Origin: Bispira polyomma | Lineage: Eukaryota | Reading direction: 5' to 3' | Length of the DNA stretch: 64,000 bases | Assembly: GCA_965649765.1 (NCBI GenBank) | Contig: OZ287750.1 | Span: 40,672,001 to 40,736,000 of the forward strand | Notes under the pieces: generated by a model | What the model saw: the letters and a program-made list of their open reading frames with translations, nothing else | Told to the model about the DNA's origin: nothing | Database searches by the model: none | Made by a program: the position numbers and the translations under genes | Part shown: positions 1 through 14,500 of the stretch, piece by piece | Layout of the letters: each line of letters starts with the position of its first letter | How positions within the stretch are numbered: the first letter of the stretch is position 1

Positions 1-699
1 TTATAGATTATATTTTTATTTTATCTGGCTTCACGAATATGTCATTTAAAAATCTGTATCACCTATACTTACTGAGGTATGAGCATTTAATTAATAATCT
101 CCTCTATAAAACTTTAAGCACTTTAAACAATACATACAGTCCATCTTTAACTAACAATATCTTTATTATAATTTGAGGTCAATTGAAATGTGTGACACCT
201 ATCATAGTGCATTTTAAGAGTTTTTTGTAGATATAGTAGAAACATTTCTTCATTATTGTCCAAATACACGTGCCTTGTCATTGCCAACTTTGTTTTCAGC
301 ATTTTCCCTGTACTACAATGACTGGCCAGTATAAGAAGCTATTAATAACAAAAAACGGCCTCGATATCGCTGAATAATCCCTTGCATAATTTGCGCTGAG
401 AATTGCTGATAAGTCACATAATTTGAATAAATTCTTGGGGTCCGACTTCAGTGGGCGATAATATAAATTTGTGGTAAAAGTATATCAATAGAAAGTATAC
501 CTTTGTAAAGGTCATTTTATATGTTTATGTACTAGATATTCATACCTCGGGGAAAGACAGTCTCAAAATTCCATTTGTGTGAGCAATTTCTCTTTACATT
601 TATAGTAAATTATTTAAGACCTCAGTGATCATGAGAACCTTATATTACAGTGTAGAGTAAAAGCTTCATTTCTGCTGGGATGAATTTGACAGGTAATAT

Positions 700-1230
700 G
701 ACTGTATTAAGGTGAAGGTTGGTAATGTCATCAAGTAATAATGATCTGAAGTATTCACAGTGTTTCTTACAAACAGTCTGTACTGAAGTAGACCCACATT
801 TTTGTGGGCATTTTGGGGGTGAGAGATACATTTGAGTGTCATCAGCATACATATTACTTGTAAATTGTAAACGTTATCTTTGATACTATTGTTTTACCAA
901 CAGAAATACACCTGAAAGAGGTTATGTACGATTAAATTATCCTTTTATTTTTAAAACCATTGTTTTTTACTAACACGAATATACTTGAGAAGCTTAAAAT
1001 ATATCAATTATCTATTATGTAAGATTGAATTATCCTTTCATAATACAATAATCAATAGGAAGCCAATGTAGTTTAAACTGGTTGTTGAGGTATGAGATAG
1101 AGAGACATCTATACTGATCCCCAATCAAAAAATGGCTCAATATAATTTTGAATAAAATAACTTGTTTAAGTGAGACCTTTTTTGCTCCGAGCTGAAGGGG
1201 ATTGCAGTGGTCTAGAGAGTTATGCAAGAT
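700..1230 (-). mobile_element. Very decayed L2/CR1 LINE fragments
   Basis: YADDTQMYLS RT motif near 852 and LDHCN...LHWLPI C-terminal motif at 1030-1227. Boundaries approximate. Confidence 0.6.
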
Positions 1231-1297
1231 TGAATTAGAAGATGTAGAAGATCATTGTTTTTGAAGAAAATAAATATACTTGTAAGAAGTTAGAGAA

Positions 1298-2010
1298 TTG
1301 TAATTGTAATGGTAATTAGACTATTATAGCGCTCAATCTCCCCTTAACGAAGGGGACTCTAAGGCGCAACAGCACAAAAGACAGTAATCCAATTACCAAT
1401 GTCAAGAGACAGAAAAGGGTCAGCACCACAGAGCGCACCGGGGGATGATTGAGACTAAGATAGGTATGCTTTAGTGTACAAGTGGGTTTTAAGCTGCTAA
1501 AAACAGGCTAGTGAGGGGGAAGCACGAATCACATCAGGAAGAGCATTCCAAACAATGGGAGCATCAAAAGCAAAGCTGTGACTAAACTGTTTAACCGACT
1601 TTTGAGTAGATGGGTGAAACTTCGGAACGACAAGGAAATTACTACCACTCTGATACGTCTGGTATTGTAGGAACTACTGTAAGTGGAAAGATATGAGGTA
1701 AATTACTTTGGAAACCCAGTGTGAAGAAACTTATAAACAAGTGTAGCTGTCTTAAACACTGAACGCTGTTCAACAGAGAGCCAATGCAATTTCTTAAGAA
1801 CAGGAGTTATACTGGTGTATCGACTGGTGCTTTACACAATTCTAGCTGCACTATTTTGAATGCATTGTAATTTACGTAAATTAAACTTTGAGAGACTCCT
1901 GAAAAGCGAATTGCAGTAATCCAGTCTACTTCTGACAAAAGCGTTGGCCACAAGTAAAGAAGCATCATAAGTAAGAAACCGCCTGACACGTCTTAAGTCC
2001 CGGGAACTAA
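1298..2010 (-). mobile_element. L2-clade LINE 3' fragment with 3' UTR and (ATTACA)n-like tail
   Basis: Minus-strand frame reads SRLDYCNSLF..LQCIQNSAARIV..LKKLHWL, followed by a 3' hairpin and a short tandem tail. Confidence 0.85.
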
Positions 2011-2789
2011 TAGAGAACTATCAATTATCTTTTTATGTTAATGCTCATGCTTAAGATCAGTGTTTTGATTTACAGAAATATAGTTTAAGGAAGTTAGATA
2101 AATGTACAAGATCAGTCTCAAGTCATACGATCTGTATCACCGGTACTTGCTGTCATGTGAGCATTTAGTCAATAACCTACACTCTGAAAACTGATACTTT
2201 AAACAATTTTAGGTATGCCGTCCAAGTTTAACTAATATTATCTTCAATTAAATTTAAATTCGTACACAAAATCACAAAGCACATAATAAGAGGTTTCTGC
2301 TGATACCAAAATGATAATTTTAGGCAAAGTATTTGTACAGATACACACAATTTAGGGGATTTTCTAAAAAATTAAGTGGATTAATCGTCCCGGGGTTTTT
2401 TCACCCCTGTCGCGATGCGACCAACAGAGCTTTGAGCTCCGATTATTAGAAGGTACTATTTTAACTATTATAAAGTAGAAAGCAGTATGCTAACATCATG
2501 GAATTTTTGGAAACGTGAGTATATATATTTTTTAATTTATTTATTTCAGTGAATATAGATATAGATAGCACAGAATGCAATTTAGTAAAAATTTAAGAAA
2601 ATGTATAAATTACTCTGAAAAGAAATATTGATCTTAAAATTGTAGCTTTACTTAGTCTAGTATTTTCGTCAAGAGAGACAGAAGTTGTTAAGGTTACTTA
2701 ATTTATTCAACGAAGATGAAAAAATATTGGACATGTGATGAAACTGAGGATATTTTGGAATAAATACATGAATTGTTCAATGGTGTGTC

Positions 2790-4941
2790 ACGACAATACA
2801 TCATAAAGTTTGACTTGCTAGGTGTATATTACCCACTTCCGTTAGTAAAGCATAAGTTTACCAATCAACAGTTTATTGATCAATTCACAGAGATCCTAGT
2901 TCCTGTTCTGGCCAAGTAAAAAATGTTCTAGTGGTGGGGGACTTCAACATTCATGTGAACAATAAAAACAATCGAGACTCTGTCCTGTTAAGAAACTAGT
3001 TAACAGCATTTGGATTAATCAATCATGTTAATTTTCCAACCCATACCAGTGGAAATTTGCTAGACCTAGTACTTAGTAAATTTAAACAGCAGCTAAAGAT
3101 TTTATCGGTGGAACCTGGTGTGTGCCTGTCTGACCATACACAGGTAATATTTTATATTGATCCGACTTTAATCAGGACTGAGTCAATAATCAGACACCTA
3201 CACAAGATACCATCAAAAAATTCAAGAAAGAATTAAAAGAACAAAAAACAGATATGGAAGCTCTCCATGATCCAGATGATCAAGACACTTGTGGCACAAC
3301 AAATGTATAATCATAACAGAAGCGGTACAAAAATGTGAAAAAGATTCCAAAAACCTGTATAAACTTGTAAACAACTTGGCTGGACATGTGAGTGCAAACC
3401 CAATGCCAAAACATGATACAGCTACCAACCTAGCAAACAGATTTGCTGACTTCTTTTTGTCCAAAATTGAAAAAATCAGGAATGATTTATGCAGTACACC
3501 AGTATATGAGCCAAAAGTAAGAGATGTAGATCAGTTACATAGTGTTAGAGAGTTAACATACTCTGAAAATTACAATGGGATTATGAGCATGAAGGTGAAG
3601 TCTTCTGCACTAGATCCTATACCAGCAGGACTTTTCATGAAAATGCCCCACTTCCAGAGTATCAAAGTGCCTACAGAAGAAATTGTGAAAGTGCACTTTT
3701 AGATCTACATAATGACATACTGTGGAGTTTTAAAAACAAGAAAATCTGTGTATTATGTACAATGGACTTAAGTGCAGCGCTTGATGCAGTAGATCATGAC
3801 CTTTTTCTGGAAGTACTGAAGAACCGATTTGGAATACAAGATCCTGCCATATACTGGATAGAAAGCTACCTAAGACCACGTGTCATGAAAGTGAAAATAG
3901 GCAATCAATACTCAACAGTTAGAAATACCCCATTTGCTGTCCCCCAGGAAAGTTGTTTACGACCATACTTGTATCTATCTTATGCCAGCTCCCTAGAAGA
4001 TGCAGTGCCTACTGATATGGGGGTATTATCAGGATTCACAGATGACCATGGCCTACGAAAATCATTTAGTGTAAACAATGTAAATAAAAAGGTCTGTGTT
4101 GTTGAGATGCTACAGAACTCACTCTGTACTATAAAGGGCTGGATGGATTCAAATAAACTGCAAAGCTAATCTTTCTTAGATACAACACTTGAGCAAAGGT
4201 TCTACATCCCATATTACTGTGAATGGAAAAAAGGTTGAAAGATCATCGACCATAAAGTATTTGGGAGTCACTCTGGCTGAAACATTGTCCCTGCAACAGC
4301 ATATTAGTCTGAAGTGTCATAAAGCAGCCCACAACCTCCACAACATCAGGCTAATTCGAGCATCATTAACAACTGAAGCATGCAAACAAGTAGTGTATGG
4401 CTTTGTTCTATCCCATCTGGACTATTGCAATAGTATCTTCATGGCCTTGCCTGAGAAAGAGATAAGTCGAATGCAAAAATTGCAAAATGCAGCGGCAAAG
4501 CTTGTGCTAAATTTAGACAAATACAGCAGTAGTTCACAAGCACTAAAGACACTCCACTGGCTTCCAATTCGCTACAGAATATTGTTTAAAATTTTGACAA
4601 TAGTCCATAAATGTATTCACCAGAAAGCACCGAGATATTTACAGCATCTAATTCAAGAAAAAAGAGACTGCGGCTATCCTGTTAGATTAAAAAACAGTAC
4701 TATCTATTGGATATTGCAAAAACAAAAGCAAGGGCATTTGCCGACTGCAGTTTTAGTGTATTAGCCCAAAGTCATGGAACTCTCTTCCAGACTACCTCAG
4801 AAAAACGGACAGCCACAACCTATTCAGAAAACAACTAAAGACTCATTTATTTCAGAAGACATATTAGTAAAGCACCACAGAATACAGAAAAAAAAAATCT
4901 TATGTACCAGTTTAGCGCTATATAAGATATTTATTATTATA
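2790..4941 (+). mobile_element. Decayed CR1/L2-type LINE (APE remnant and RT) with (TTA)n tail
   Basis: VVGDFNIH, THTSGNLLDL, SDH, DLSAALD, VPQESCL, FTDD, YLGV, LDYCN and LHWLPI motifs with stops and frameshifts. Confidence 0.9.
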
Positions 4942-5447
4942 ATTGACTGACAATAAAAATGGAGCTGTCAATCAAATCTGACGGTTCCTAATATTAAAAC
5001 TTAAATAACTTCTACTATAGCCCATATTTTCAAACCTAATTTATTTGGACCATCTAGAGACCAAATAGTGTGTACACCAAATACAAGAGCACTACTTCCC
5101 ACAGATTTGGAGATTATCCTGTCGACACACAGTTATCATTATCTTCCACTATAATCCCCTCTCATCTTCATAGGAAAGCATGAGAATCCCATTCATATTA
5201 GTGATTGGCCTTCTCATGCAAAAAGTTTACCTACAAACAGTTAAGATGGTAATTAGTTGTCTTAACATAATATTATATCACTCTTAGATGGAGCTTGTAT
5301 AAGAATAAGAACCACTCTGGTTTTGCCTTTTTAGTATTTTTAGATCATATATCTCTAAATGTGATGAAAACTTTTGCATAAATTGGCCTAGTCATAGAAA
5401 ATTACTATAATATGTCAATATACAATAACTAAAGTAAATCCTGTTAC

Positions 5448-5543
5448 CTGGAGATTCAGTAGTAGTCACAGGGGTATCAGGAGGGGGAGGTGTAGCAGTT
5501 CGAGTTGGTACCATAGGTGTCACCACTGTTGTTGTTTGTAGTT
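5448..5543 (-). CDS. Coding exon 42: 96-nt PT linker ([32 protein letters not shown])
   Basis: aag/GTAACA, phase 1-1, last exon found in the window. Confidence 0.82.
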
Positions 5544-8500
5544 CTTGTTAAAATAATATTTTACATTATCCAGATGTTACAGTGTATATATATATATATC
5601 TATGCACTTTCTTCTTCTGAAGGCTGTTTTTTTAATATTTAATAAACCTATTTTACACATTAGGTCTGTTTTTATGATGTATATGGTAACTGTTACACGA
5701 AGAGTATTGTATTTACATTTTTACTCAGCCTAACATCTATGCTTGGAAATTACTTTTCATGAGTGCACGAGTACAGCCACCCAATTCAGCAACTGTTATT
5801 CTCCCAAATAAGGACAAAGGCATAAGGATAACCATTTATCAACTTCACTAAGAGTATTTTTATCTGCCACTGGTGAGAGGTGGTCATTAGAGCTTGTTTT
5901 CATGAGAGCCTGTTTCTTCCTGTCAACTGGAATTTAAACTTGATTCTCTGGTTTTCTAAGGGACTGAAGTCTCATATATACGTATACACACATTTTTAGT
6001 TCTAAACACATAGACTATCCCTTGATATCTACTTGCTAATAAATAACTGTATTTATCAATACCTATTAATAATTTCTTACCTGGACAACATATTTCAATC
6101 TTCAAATCAGAAAATGTAAAGCATTGCCCACTGTTTGTGTCAAATGTGAAGACAATCATAAAGACATTGTCCACACCATCTGTGTAAATAGCATTACCCG
6201 AGCCACTTGGGAAAGGGAACTGGAAGAAAAAGTACATAGTATCATGTGATTCAACATTGTAAACCTTAACAAGCTGATATTTATAAGGCTAGATAGCAAG
6301 AGTTAGCCATCTGAATAGAGAATATCAAATTTATTGAAACAATAAATGAACATTTAGAACAACCAGGACTGCCAAAGTCAAGTAACCACATTGACTAGTT
6401 GTTAAATACCCAACTATGACATATTTTATATAACATGGAGTGTGTATCATTATTAATTTAGACATCTGCGGTCAGTGCACCGTTCTTTGAATAATATTTT
6501 AAAGATCTTGTATAAATTTAACTATGTATGAATAAAGAAGAGTGCATAATTTACCATATATTAAAACATACACTAACATCAAGATTTAAGCAAACAATGA
6601 TACATTATATCAAACTTCATCACCAAAATAGCAAGCAACAGTTACTTTAAATCAAAGTTACCACAGAACAAATGAGGTAAAAATTAATTTAAAAAAAATT
6701 TCACCCGATGTTTAGATAATAAAATATTATTACCGGCACAGTAATTATCCCAACAGTTGCTTTATCAAGGAAAACAACATTGACAGAGTTGACTCCATCG
6801 ACAGAAAAAGACAGACTCAGGACAAAGCCTTCTCCTTCTGGGCATAACTTCTTTACGTATAAGGAGGCCCCGTGACATAACAACAAGGTTTTGCCGGAGC
6901 CAAATAAGGCATCTCTGGGGTCAGCATCAGTCTCATTCAGCTCGCCCAAGACTTTTACAATGATATCATCTGCTGATTCATCAGCATCCAGGGTTCTTTC
7001 TTCTCCAAATGGACATTCTGAAATACATGTTTGTTGCTTTATAAATGTGTTATGTTATGTGAGATCTAAAGCAAAATATGGTTAGGACTTCAATAACTTG
7101 AAAGACCGCTCACAAGATTAAAAGTCACCACAATTATTTTATATACCTTGTTGACTTGTTGTAACTGGAACAGGTGTTGGCACAGGTGTAGGTATTGGTG
7201 TTGGAATAGGTGTTGGATTAGGTGTTGGTACAGATGCAGTTGTAGTTTCTGGTTATAAAAAAATACAACTTAAGCTTAGTAGAAAATGTTTGGGAATTGC
7301 ATGACTTTCCAGATATCCATACATTTGCTCTAAAATATTATAGTAATAAAAATAGTCGATAGTCGTTGTTATAGCTGTCCTCTAATATAAACTATCATTC
7401 AGGCCTCTAATATAATTAATCACTCAAACAAGTGTAAATTCAACAACCTATTACAGTTAACTGTAGTTAAACACATCTTTTTCAACAGCATCGACATTTT
7501 CTGAGATTGTGTGTAGTATGTGTGTTAGGTCCTATAGTCAGACACCAGTTTAATCTTTACCCAAGTCTAAATGGTGAATTGAATGATTCCTTACATGTTA
7601 TGCACCATCACTACAAGTAGCAGTGATAATGTGCATCGATCTGAGAAAAGTCTAATTTAATACAAACTATCTGTTTGGGTTAGCATTTGCTTCCATGTAT
7701 TATATACAGTCATTTTTTTTAATGTGACTACTAAGAGTGCAAGCACTTCGTTGTGTCAGATGAGATTAGATGGCACATAAGCAACAGCTTTAAAAATATT
7801 TTGGTCAGGGAGCAAAAAAGTCGGCAAATCTGGCTGATTTTATGGTGTTTTTGTGGTATATGTCCTTTACAATTATGATTCCAATGAAATGTCACAGACA
7901 TACTTGGCTGCATGGAAGCATAAATTGGCCAATGTCTGACAAAAAACTTATCTATAATTTTGGTCGACTTCAGGTTCGACGACCTGGAAGTGTTGGGTTA
8001 CTTAAAGATATAGCTGCTTGGCTAAGTTTTAAAAGGGTTGAAAACATGACTATCTCTAGAGTAGATTAAAATATTAAAAATTAATTTAAATAATTTCCTT
8101 AAATTCATCTCATGTTTCTGTCAATAAGTTTTGATCACTGACATATTAAAATCAAACACAATATTACTACTCAACTAGTGACATAAACACATTTACCAAT
8201 GACACAAACACAGTAGCACATTTGACTTGATACATGAATAACTAGACCTAGCGTATCAGAGAATCAATGCATATTTGTATCTGCCAGAAAGACAAAGCAC
8301 CCTAGCTAGCACCCAAGCTAGGAGCCTATGATTTCATATAGGCCATTTATGCTAAAGCCTTAAATGGCACAAGTGGATATCACATTGCAAACCTGTGGGA
8401 CCAATCAAAGGTGTGCGATAGGCACTTTAAAGTTTGGCCTACCCATTTAACCTTGGACCCTTTGTGCAAATCTTAAACAACAAAAGATTACCAGCCCATG

Positions 8501-11500
8501 ATTGCCTATAGGTTGGTTTCACATCCTAAACCTCTACGGCCAGTAATAAGTAAGATTTAGGCACTTTTAAGTGACCAAGACTGACCTTGAATGAGGGGCC
8601 TAAGGTTAAATATGACCACATGAAAAGATCCCCAGCCCATAATTATCTATAGGTTGGTTCGGCACTTCAAACCTCTGGGACCAATAATACAGGCATGAGA
8701 TATAGGCACTTTTAAGTTTGGCCATCCGCATTTGACCTTGAAGGACAGGCCCAAGCTCAAATCTGAGCACATCAACAGATTCCCTGCTCAAGGTTTCTAT
8801 AAAGGTTACTTTCAGATCCCAAACCTCTGGGACCAATATTAAGCGAGATATAGGCACTTTTAAGTTTGGCCAAAATCGGTCACTTACGGTACCTTGTCAC
8901 TCTGTCGATGACCTTGAATGAGGAGATTCAAGGTCAAATGTTTGCATGCTTATACAGGACATGTATATCCGCTAAACATATCACACTTAAAGAGATTCAA
9001 CCTTTTACAGCTGAGAAACAAACACAGTTAAAAGGCTAATTATTTTCAAAGAAACGCCTGTGGTGGCCATTTTGTTTTTCTAAATGAGGCCAAAATTACT
9101 CCCAGGCAAGCTTTTGTAATAAAGAACATTTCCTGTAAATTTCAGGAGCCTAGTTGTAAAAGTATTCCCAGGAGAGCGGTGACGGTAAAATCTCTACATA
9201 CACTGACAGGGCAGTGGCGGCAGTGGGGGCAGCTTAACGAAGCATAATCCAATGTATGCACTGGAGTTTTCCGGTGGATACAAATAATACGCTACTGAGT
9301 ATTATATTTATAGCATAATACTGCCATAGTATCTGTTTTATTGGACCCCAAAAACTAATTAAATTACATTAAGTACAGCCAACCAGATCTCATAACTGGC
9401 ACAACATAAGCGTAAAAGGTCATGGAAGAAGTCATCTGTATGTATCCCCCATCACTTTTGGCGCTTCATCAAAAATGAGTCTAACAACAAAACGGTAACA
9501 TTTATATTCACAATATATTCTGCTAGGCGATCCCTACACACCCCCCCCCCCCCAATAGTGAACATATATGGGCCATATGTCTTTTAAATAAACATCCTCC
9601 ACCATTAATGAATGTTGAATGTTAATAATCATTGATGGTGGCCCATTTCAAATCTATATCACTCTATAAAATCTTGCTTTCATACGTATGTTATGTCACA
9701 TATGACAACAGCAGTATATACTTACCAACAGGGCAACATGCAACAATTAATAGGTCTTTCACAAAGAAGCAACTATGACCACTGACTCTGACAAACTCAA
9801 AGACAACAGTTATGACATTTTCTACTGGACTTGCAGGTATATACTCGACTGTCTCCATTTGGTTTGGGTTACCGGGTGTAAGCTAAAACATAAATAAACA
9901 GTCATTCTAAAGGCTAAATTTGATTTTCAATGATCACAATAAAACCAATGCATGCCATCATCTTTAAAAGAACAACAAGTCTTTCCATAGAATTCGGCTG
10001 CTGCAATGATAAAATCCCGAATTTTTGCCACTGCACAAATGTATCCAGGTACACTCTCAGAAAATTGTTTATTCAATCAATTCATCAAATTATGTTACAG
10101 CGAAATTATCCAGTAATATAGTGGTTTAATAATTTTTAATAAACATTTAAGATGCAAGTTTACTTCTAACAACTTTTGCTAATTAATTTGTCTTGTTCTA
10201 TATATCTTTTAAGTAAAAAACAATAAAAATAAAAGTTTCTTGTAAATTTCTAATTATTTTTTTAAAACTTCTTAAAATTGTATTATACAGTCTAACCCCG
10301 TTATTTCGAATTTAAAGGAACCACACTGTTTAATTCGATATAACTAGAATTTGAAATATCAATCAGGGCCTTGTCATGACCAAAACACTTCAAAAGATCG
10401 AGTGAATGGACGATAATACAACTTAACCAGGAACTCTAATTTACCAAGATCGATTTAAGTGGGTTAGACTGTATTAATCAAATTTTTAGTCTTGTTAAAA
10501 TTGCAATTGTACAGGATATTTTAAATGTTAAAAAATGCATGTTAGTCAGTAATTATTAATTAAACTTACAATCACTGTATCAATGATAGAGCCTCCAGGA
10601 CCAGCTAGTGTAATTTTAATATACTGTACATATCTGACCCTTAACCGGATAAGCACAATACTGGCAAAGTCACCATCCGGGCACAGTGGTTTCACTAAGA
10701 GGAAGTCACCCTTACAGAGCTTAATCAGTTTGCCAGAATTAAATTGGGCATTGTCAATGTCAACAATATCCTCATGGGGTCCCACAACGCTGCCTTTAAA
10801 GTCGTTTCCTCCAGATTCTGAGAAAATAGGTTCTGTGTTAGCTGGGCATATGGAGGCTGTAAGAGTGAGAAGTACAGGATTAGACTGAATTTTTTTTATT
10901 TTTTTTTTGTTGTTGATTTTGACAGTACATATATACAAAGCACATAAAATCAAAGCTTTAATATATGAAAATAACAATTCTATTACATTATTAACAAAGC
11001 TGTTTTTTTAAGGAAATCAAAACTTTAACATATGAAAATAACATGTCTATTGATTGTGAAATGTAACAAGATAGGAATATGTAATATTCCATAAAAACAT
11101 TATATTTAATTGTATTCATTATTATCTAAAAGTTTAACTGCATATTTGATACTTGCCTTAAAGGCAAGTGTCAGTGAGCATTCCAAGGAAATATCTTAGA
11201 ATCTGAAAATTACACTTGATGACTTTATTTCTGCTAAAAATATATGTGCCTTAATGATAAACAAAGGAAGACCAAAGGCAAAATTGCATCAGAAATGTAA
11301 TAGCCCTTCCCAAACTTCCCTGAGCAATATAGACAGATGTAGCTCATACCAATTTTCAAAGAAACAGACCGATTGTTGTCTTGATAACTAAAAGTTAAGT
11401 CACTTAAGAAAATTTTCAGACCCAAAGCAGAGCGAGATCTTGTAATGTTTAGTCGATTCATTTTGGGGTTTAACTTTAATTTTAACACGTTTTGTGTCAT

Positions 11501-14500
11501 ATGGGGTAGCCAAAATCAGAACAGCTAGGATAGTTGGTCAAGGCTTTCTGGGCCTTCAGCAAGTCTACTAACAACTTTCCCACAGACATATCAGGAACAA
11601 GATTTGAGCCTATGACCGCTGAGGTGGGAGGCAAGTGTGTTACTACTACACCAGTGAGACCCAGAGCATAGTTTTGGCAACATTTATTAAGTATTGAAAA
11701 TGATAATGTTATGAAGACATAAAACTAAACATATGCGTAACTTCTGAGGTCTACTTTATGATATGAATTTCATCTCACAGTGAGTTCTTCAGTATCTCAG
11801 AAACAGCCAATGTCACAGCAATAAGGTCAAAGGTCAGACCGAGGTCATAGCATCAAGTTCACCATGGTAATGATGAAAAATTTAATCATGCTAAAAATTT
11901 ATAATCGTTATTTTGACTTTTTTTGTGCTCACTTTTACAGTGTGGAAAATAGATCAATAAATGATCATTTTAACCTTAAAATTTGACAAATTTACACTTC
12001 ACATTTTAGTCATTTGATATACCAAATACCACAAAGTCATGTGACTTACAAGTTGTTGTTGGTGGTTCAGTCGTTGTAACTGGTATTTCTACAAATACAT
12101 AATAATAATTTTGTATATTAGTTATTCATGTTTAATAGAAATACTCTCATTTATAGTTTCTGCAAAAGGGGATTCTGCCATAAAAGAGGCTTTCACTAAT
12201 TCTAAAAAAGTCTAATACTCTAGTCAATAGAGTTAAGTGGAATCTTTTTACACTGATGGCGACAGAATTAGTATATTTGTAAATGATAGCTTGATGAAGA
12301 CCCAAAAGTAGCACCTTCATGAATTTCGGAAAAATGGAATGATTGTTGAACTGCAAGGGTGGATAGGAAGGGAATTTTAAGGAGAGTTAAAATAATGTAA
12401 TTAAGTTTTAGAGGACACTTCATATCTAAATCGGCTAAACAGTTTTACATACACAATATACCTCATGTCTGACACGATATGTAGCCATGTGAATTCTAGA
12501 AAATGAGAAAATTAATCGCAAGAGAGAAGCTTCTATGCAAGCAAGGTATATTAGTATACCAGCACAATTTTGTGTGGCAGTATTGGTTTTCAGCAGCCTA
12601 ATATATGAATCATTTTCAGCCCAAGGGCCCTTATGGATGCTCATAAAAAGCCCCGAAATAAAAAATATATTTACTACTATTATTTACTTAAGCAGAGCTT
12701 GTAAACTTTGGTCTTAGTAATATTTGCAGCCAAAGTTCACAGTAATGATATATTTGTGAAATTCTACACTTAAATATTGTATTTTATTAAATACTCTTTT
12801 TATTTTTATAGACATTCTGAAAATGTCTTTTTCTCTTTAGTTTGAAAGAGTATCAAAGATGTAAATTATAACATAACATAACCCTACGTTAAGCATCCTC
12901 AACGTGCCACATTTCGATCACATAAGAGGAACAATGTTTACGAGTATATCACCGTTATTGCACTGATTAATACCAAATAATGGTACAAATCTACACAAAA
13001 TAACGTGTATTTGTTGTTATCCATCGGTAAGTAGGTCAATGAACATAAACCAATACGTAACTAGAGCACAGTTACAGGCACATATCGAAAATAGGCACAT
13101 CCACTATAAAGGTGTTTAACTAAATATTACTTTTATGACCAGAAAAATTACACATTAACTTTATAGGGAAGTGGGTCACTTTGGATGTCCTTCTAGGGTT
13201 AATGCCAATATAAAACTAAGGATCCAATCTTAGAATAATACCCATTAGTAACGCCCTAATTACTGACAATTGTGGTCATTAAACCATTTACAACCCGATC
13301 ACTCACCGCTGCAGCAGCCTATCACTGTTAGCTCAGATACTGTGACATTACTGCCGTCAATTAAGATGACTATCATGGCTGCACCAAACAGACCCTGCTG
13401 AGGTAAGCCCAAAGTCACCTTCTTCTTCTGATCAGAGTTAACAATAGCCATCTGAACAATATAAATAATAATTAATAAGACAATGGGGGGGGAATCTCTG
13501 TGTTAGCAATATTTGGATTATACTGGCCAAAACCAATCAGTTATACTTCATTTACACACCATTCACCTATATATGACTTAAGATATATAAATCATTGACT
13601 GGCCAAAGAGGATAGTCCAAAAGGCAGCGAAGTGTTATTTTCCAGAAATGCACCTACAGAGAACAAAGTTATAGGGTGGGCAGGTTAATAAAAAATGTGG
13701 GGTTTAAGTATACATCTGAAACTTCTCATATTAGTTTGAGATCAAGTGTGTTGGACCATTCCATGTGTTTTAGTTAATAGAAAAAAATACTAAACAATAA
13801 GGTAAAAGCAGGGGAAAAAAGGTTAGGCAATTCACTGAGATTAATTACCTTGACAATAAGAAATTTTATGGGCAAGACCTGATATTTTTTAGATATCTAC
13901 TGTCTGTCTGATTGACAACATGACAAGATAGGTTTTACATTCTGAAACTGAGCCTAATAAGCTTTCACTCAAACTAGAGAGAAATGCATAACAGTAGTCC
14001 AAGTGGTTACTGATTGTAGAAGAAGCACAGAGTCCTTGCTCAAGTATTTACAGATTTTTGTGATGTAAATTGGAGCATCATCTGCATAAAGGTGGTGGGT
14101 AACATTAAGGGTACTGTCTCAGGGCAGAGGAGTATACAGCTAAAAAAAGGGGGCGGTATACGGAGCCCTCGGAACACCATAGGCAAGAGCACAATTTACT
14201 CACACTGAGAGGTTCTATCAGTTCCACGCCATTCTCGTCTAAAATTACAAATGTGATATTTGTGGCCCCACTGATATAGAACATCAAGGACAACAGCTGC
14301 ATGTTTGGAGATCCAGGGCAGTTCTCTTTGATAATGAGGTAATCATCATCACCAAGTGTCAGTCCAGATTCTGTGAGTGTGTCATTAGGGTTAAGAGTTG
14401 GAGGTTCCATTGGAGTGGGTGCACCACAGTTGCCTTCACAGAATACATTCCACCCATTTTCGTCCTCATCCAATTGACTCAGTATTGTTCCTTCTGGGCA

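Noticed and set aside
3289-4764. Plus-strand ORFs as an independent nested gene or an active reverse transcriptase
   Set aside because: These are pieces of one decayed LINE with stops, frameshifts, deletions and a degenerate catalytic motif (FTDD).
1-5447. Further exons or the stop codon of the main gene
   Set aside because: I found no convincing phase-1 exon. The region is mostly LINE debris, so the next exon probably lies outside the window.
10583-10888. Plus-strand ORFs antisense to exons (also 39857-40105, 27810-28076, 31862-32182 and others)
   Set aside because: They are shadows of the more GC-rich minus-strand exons.
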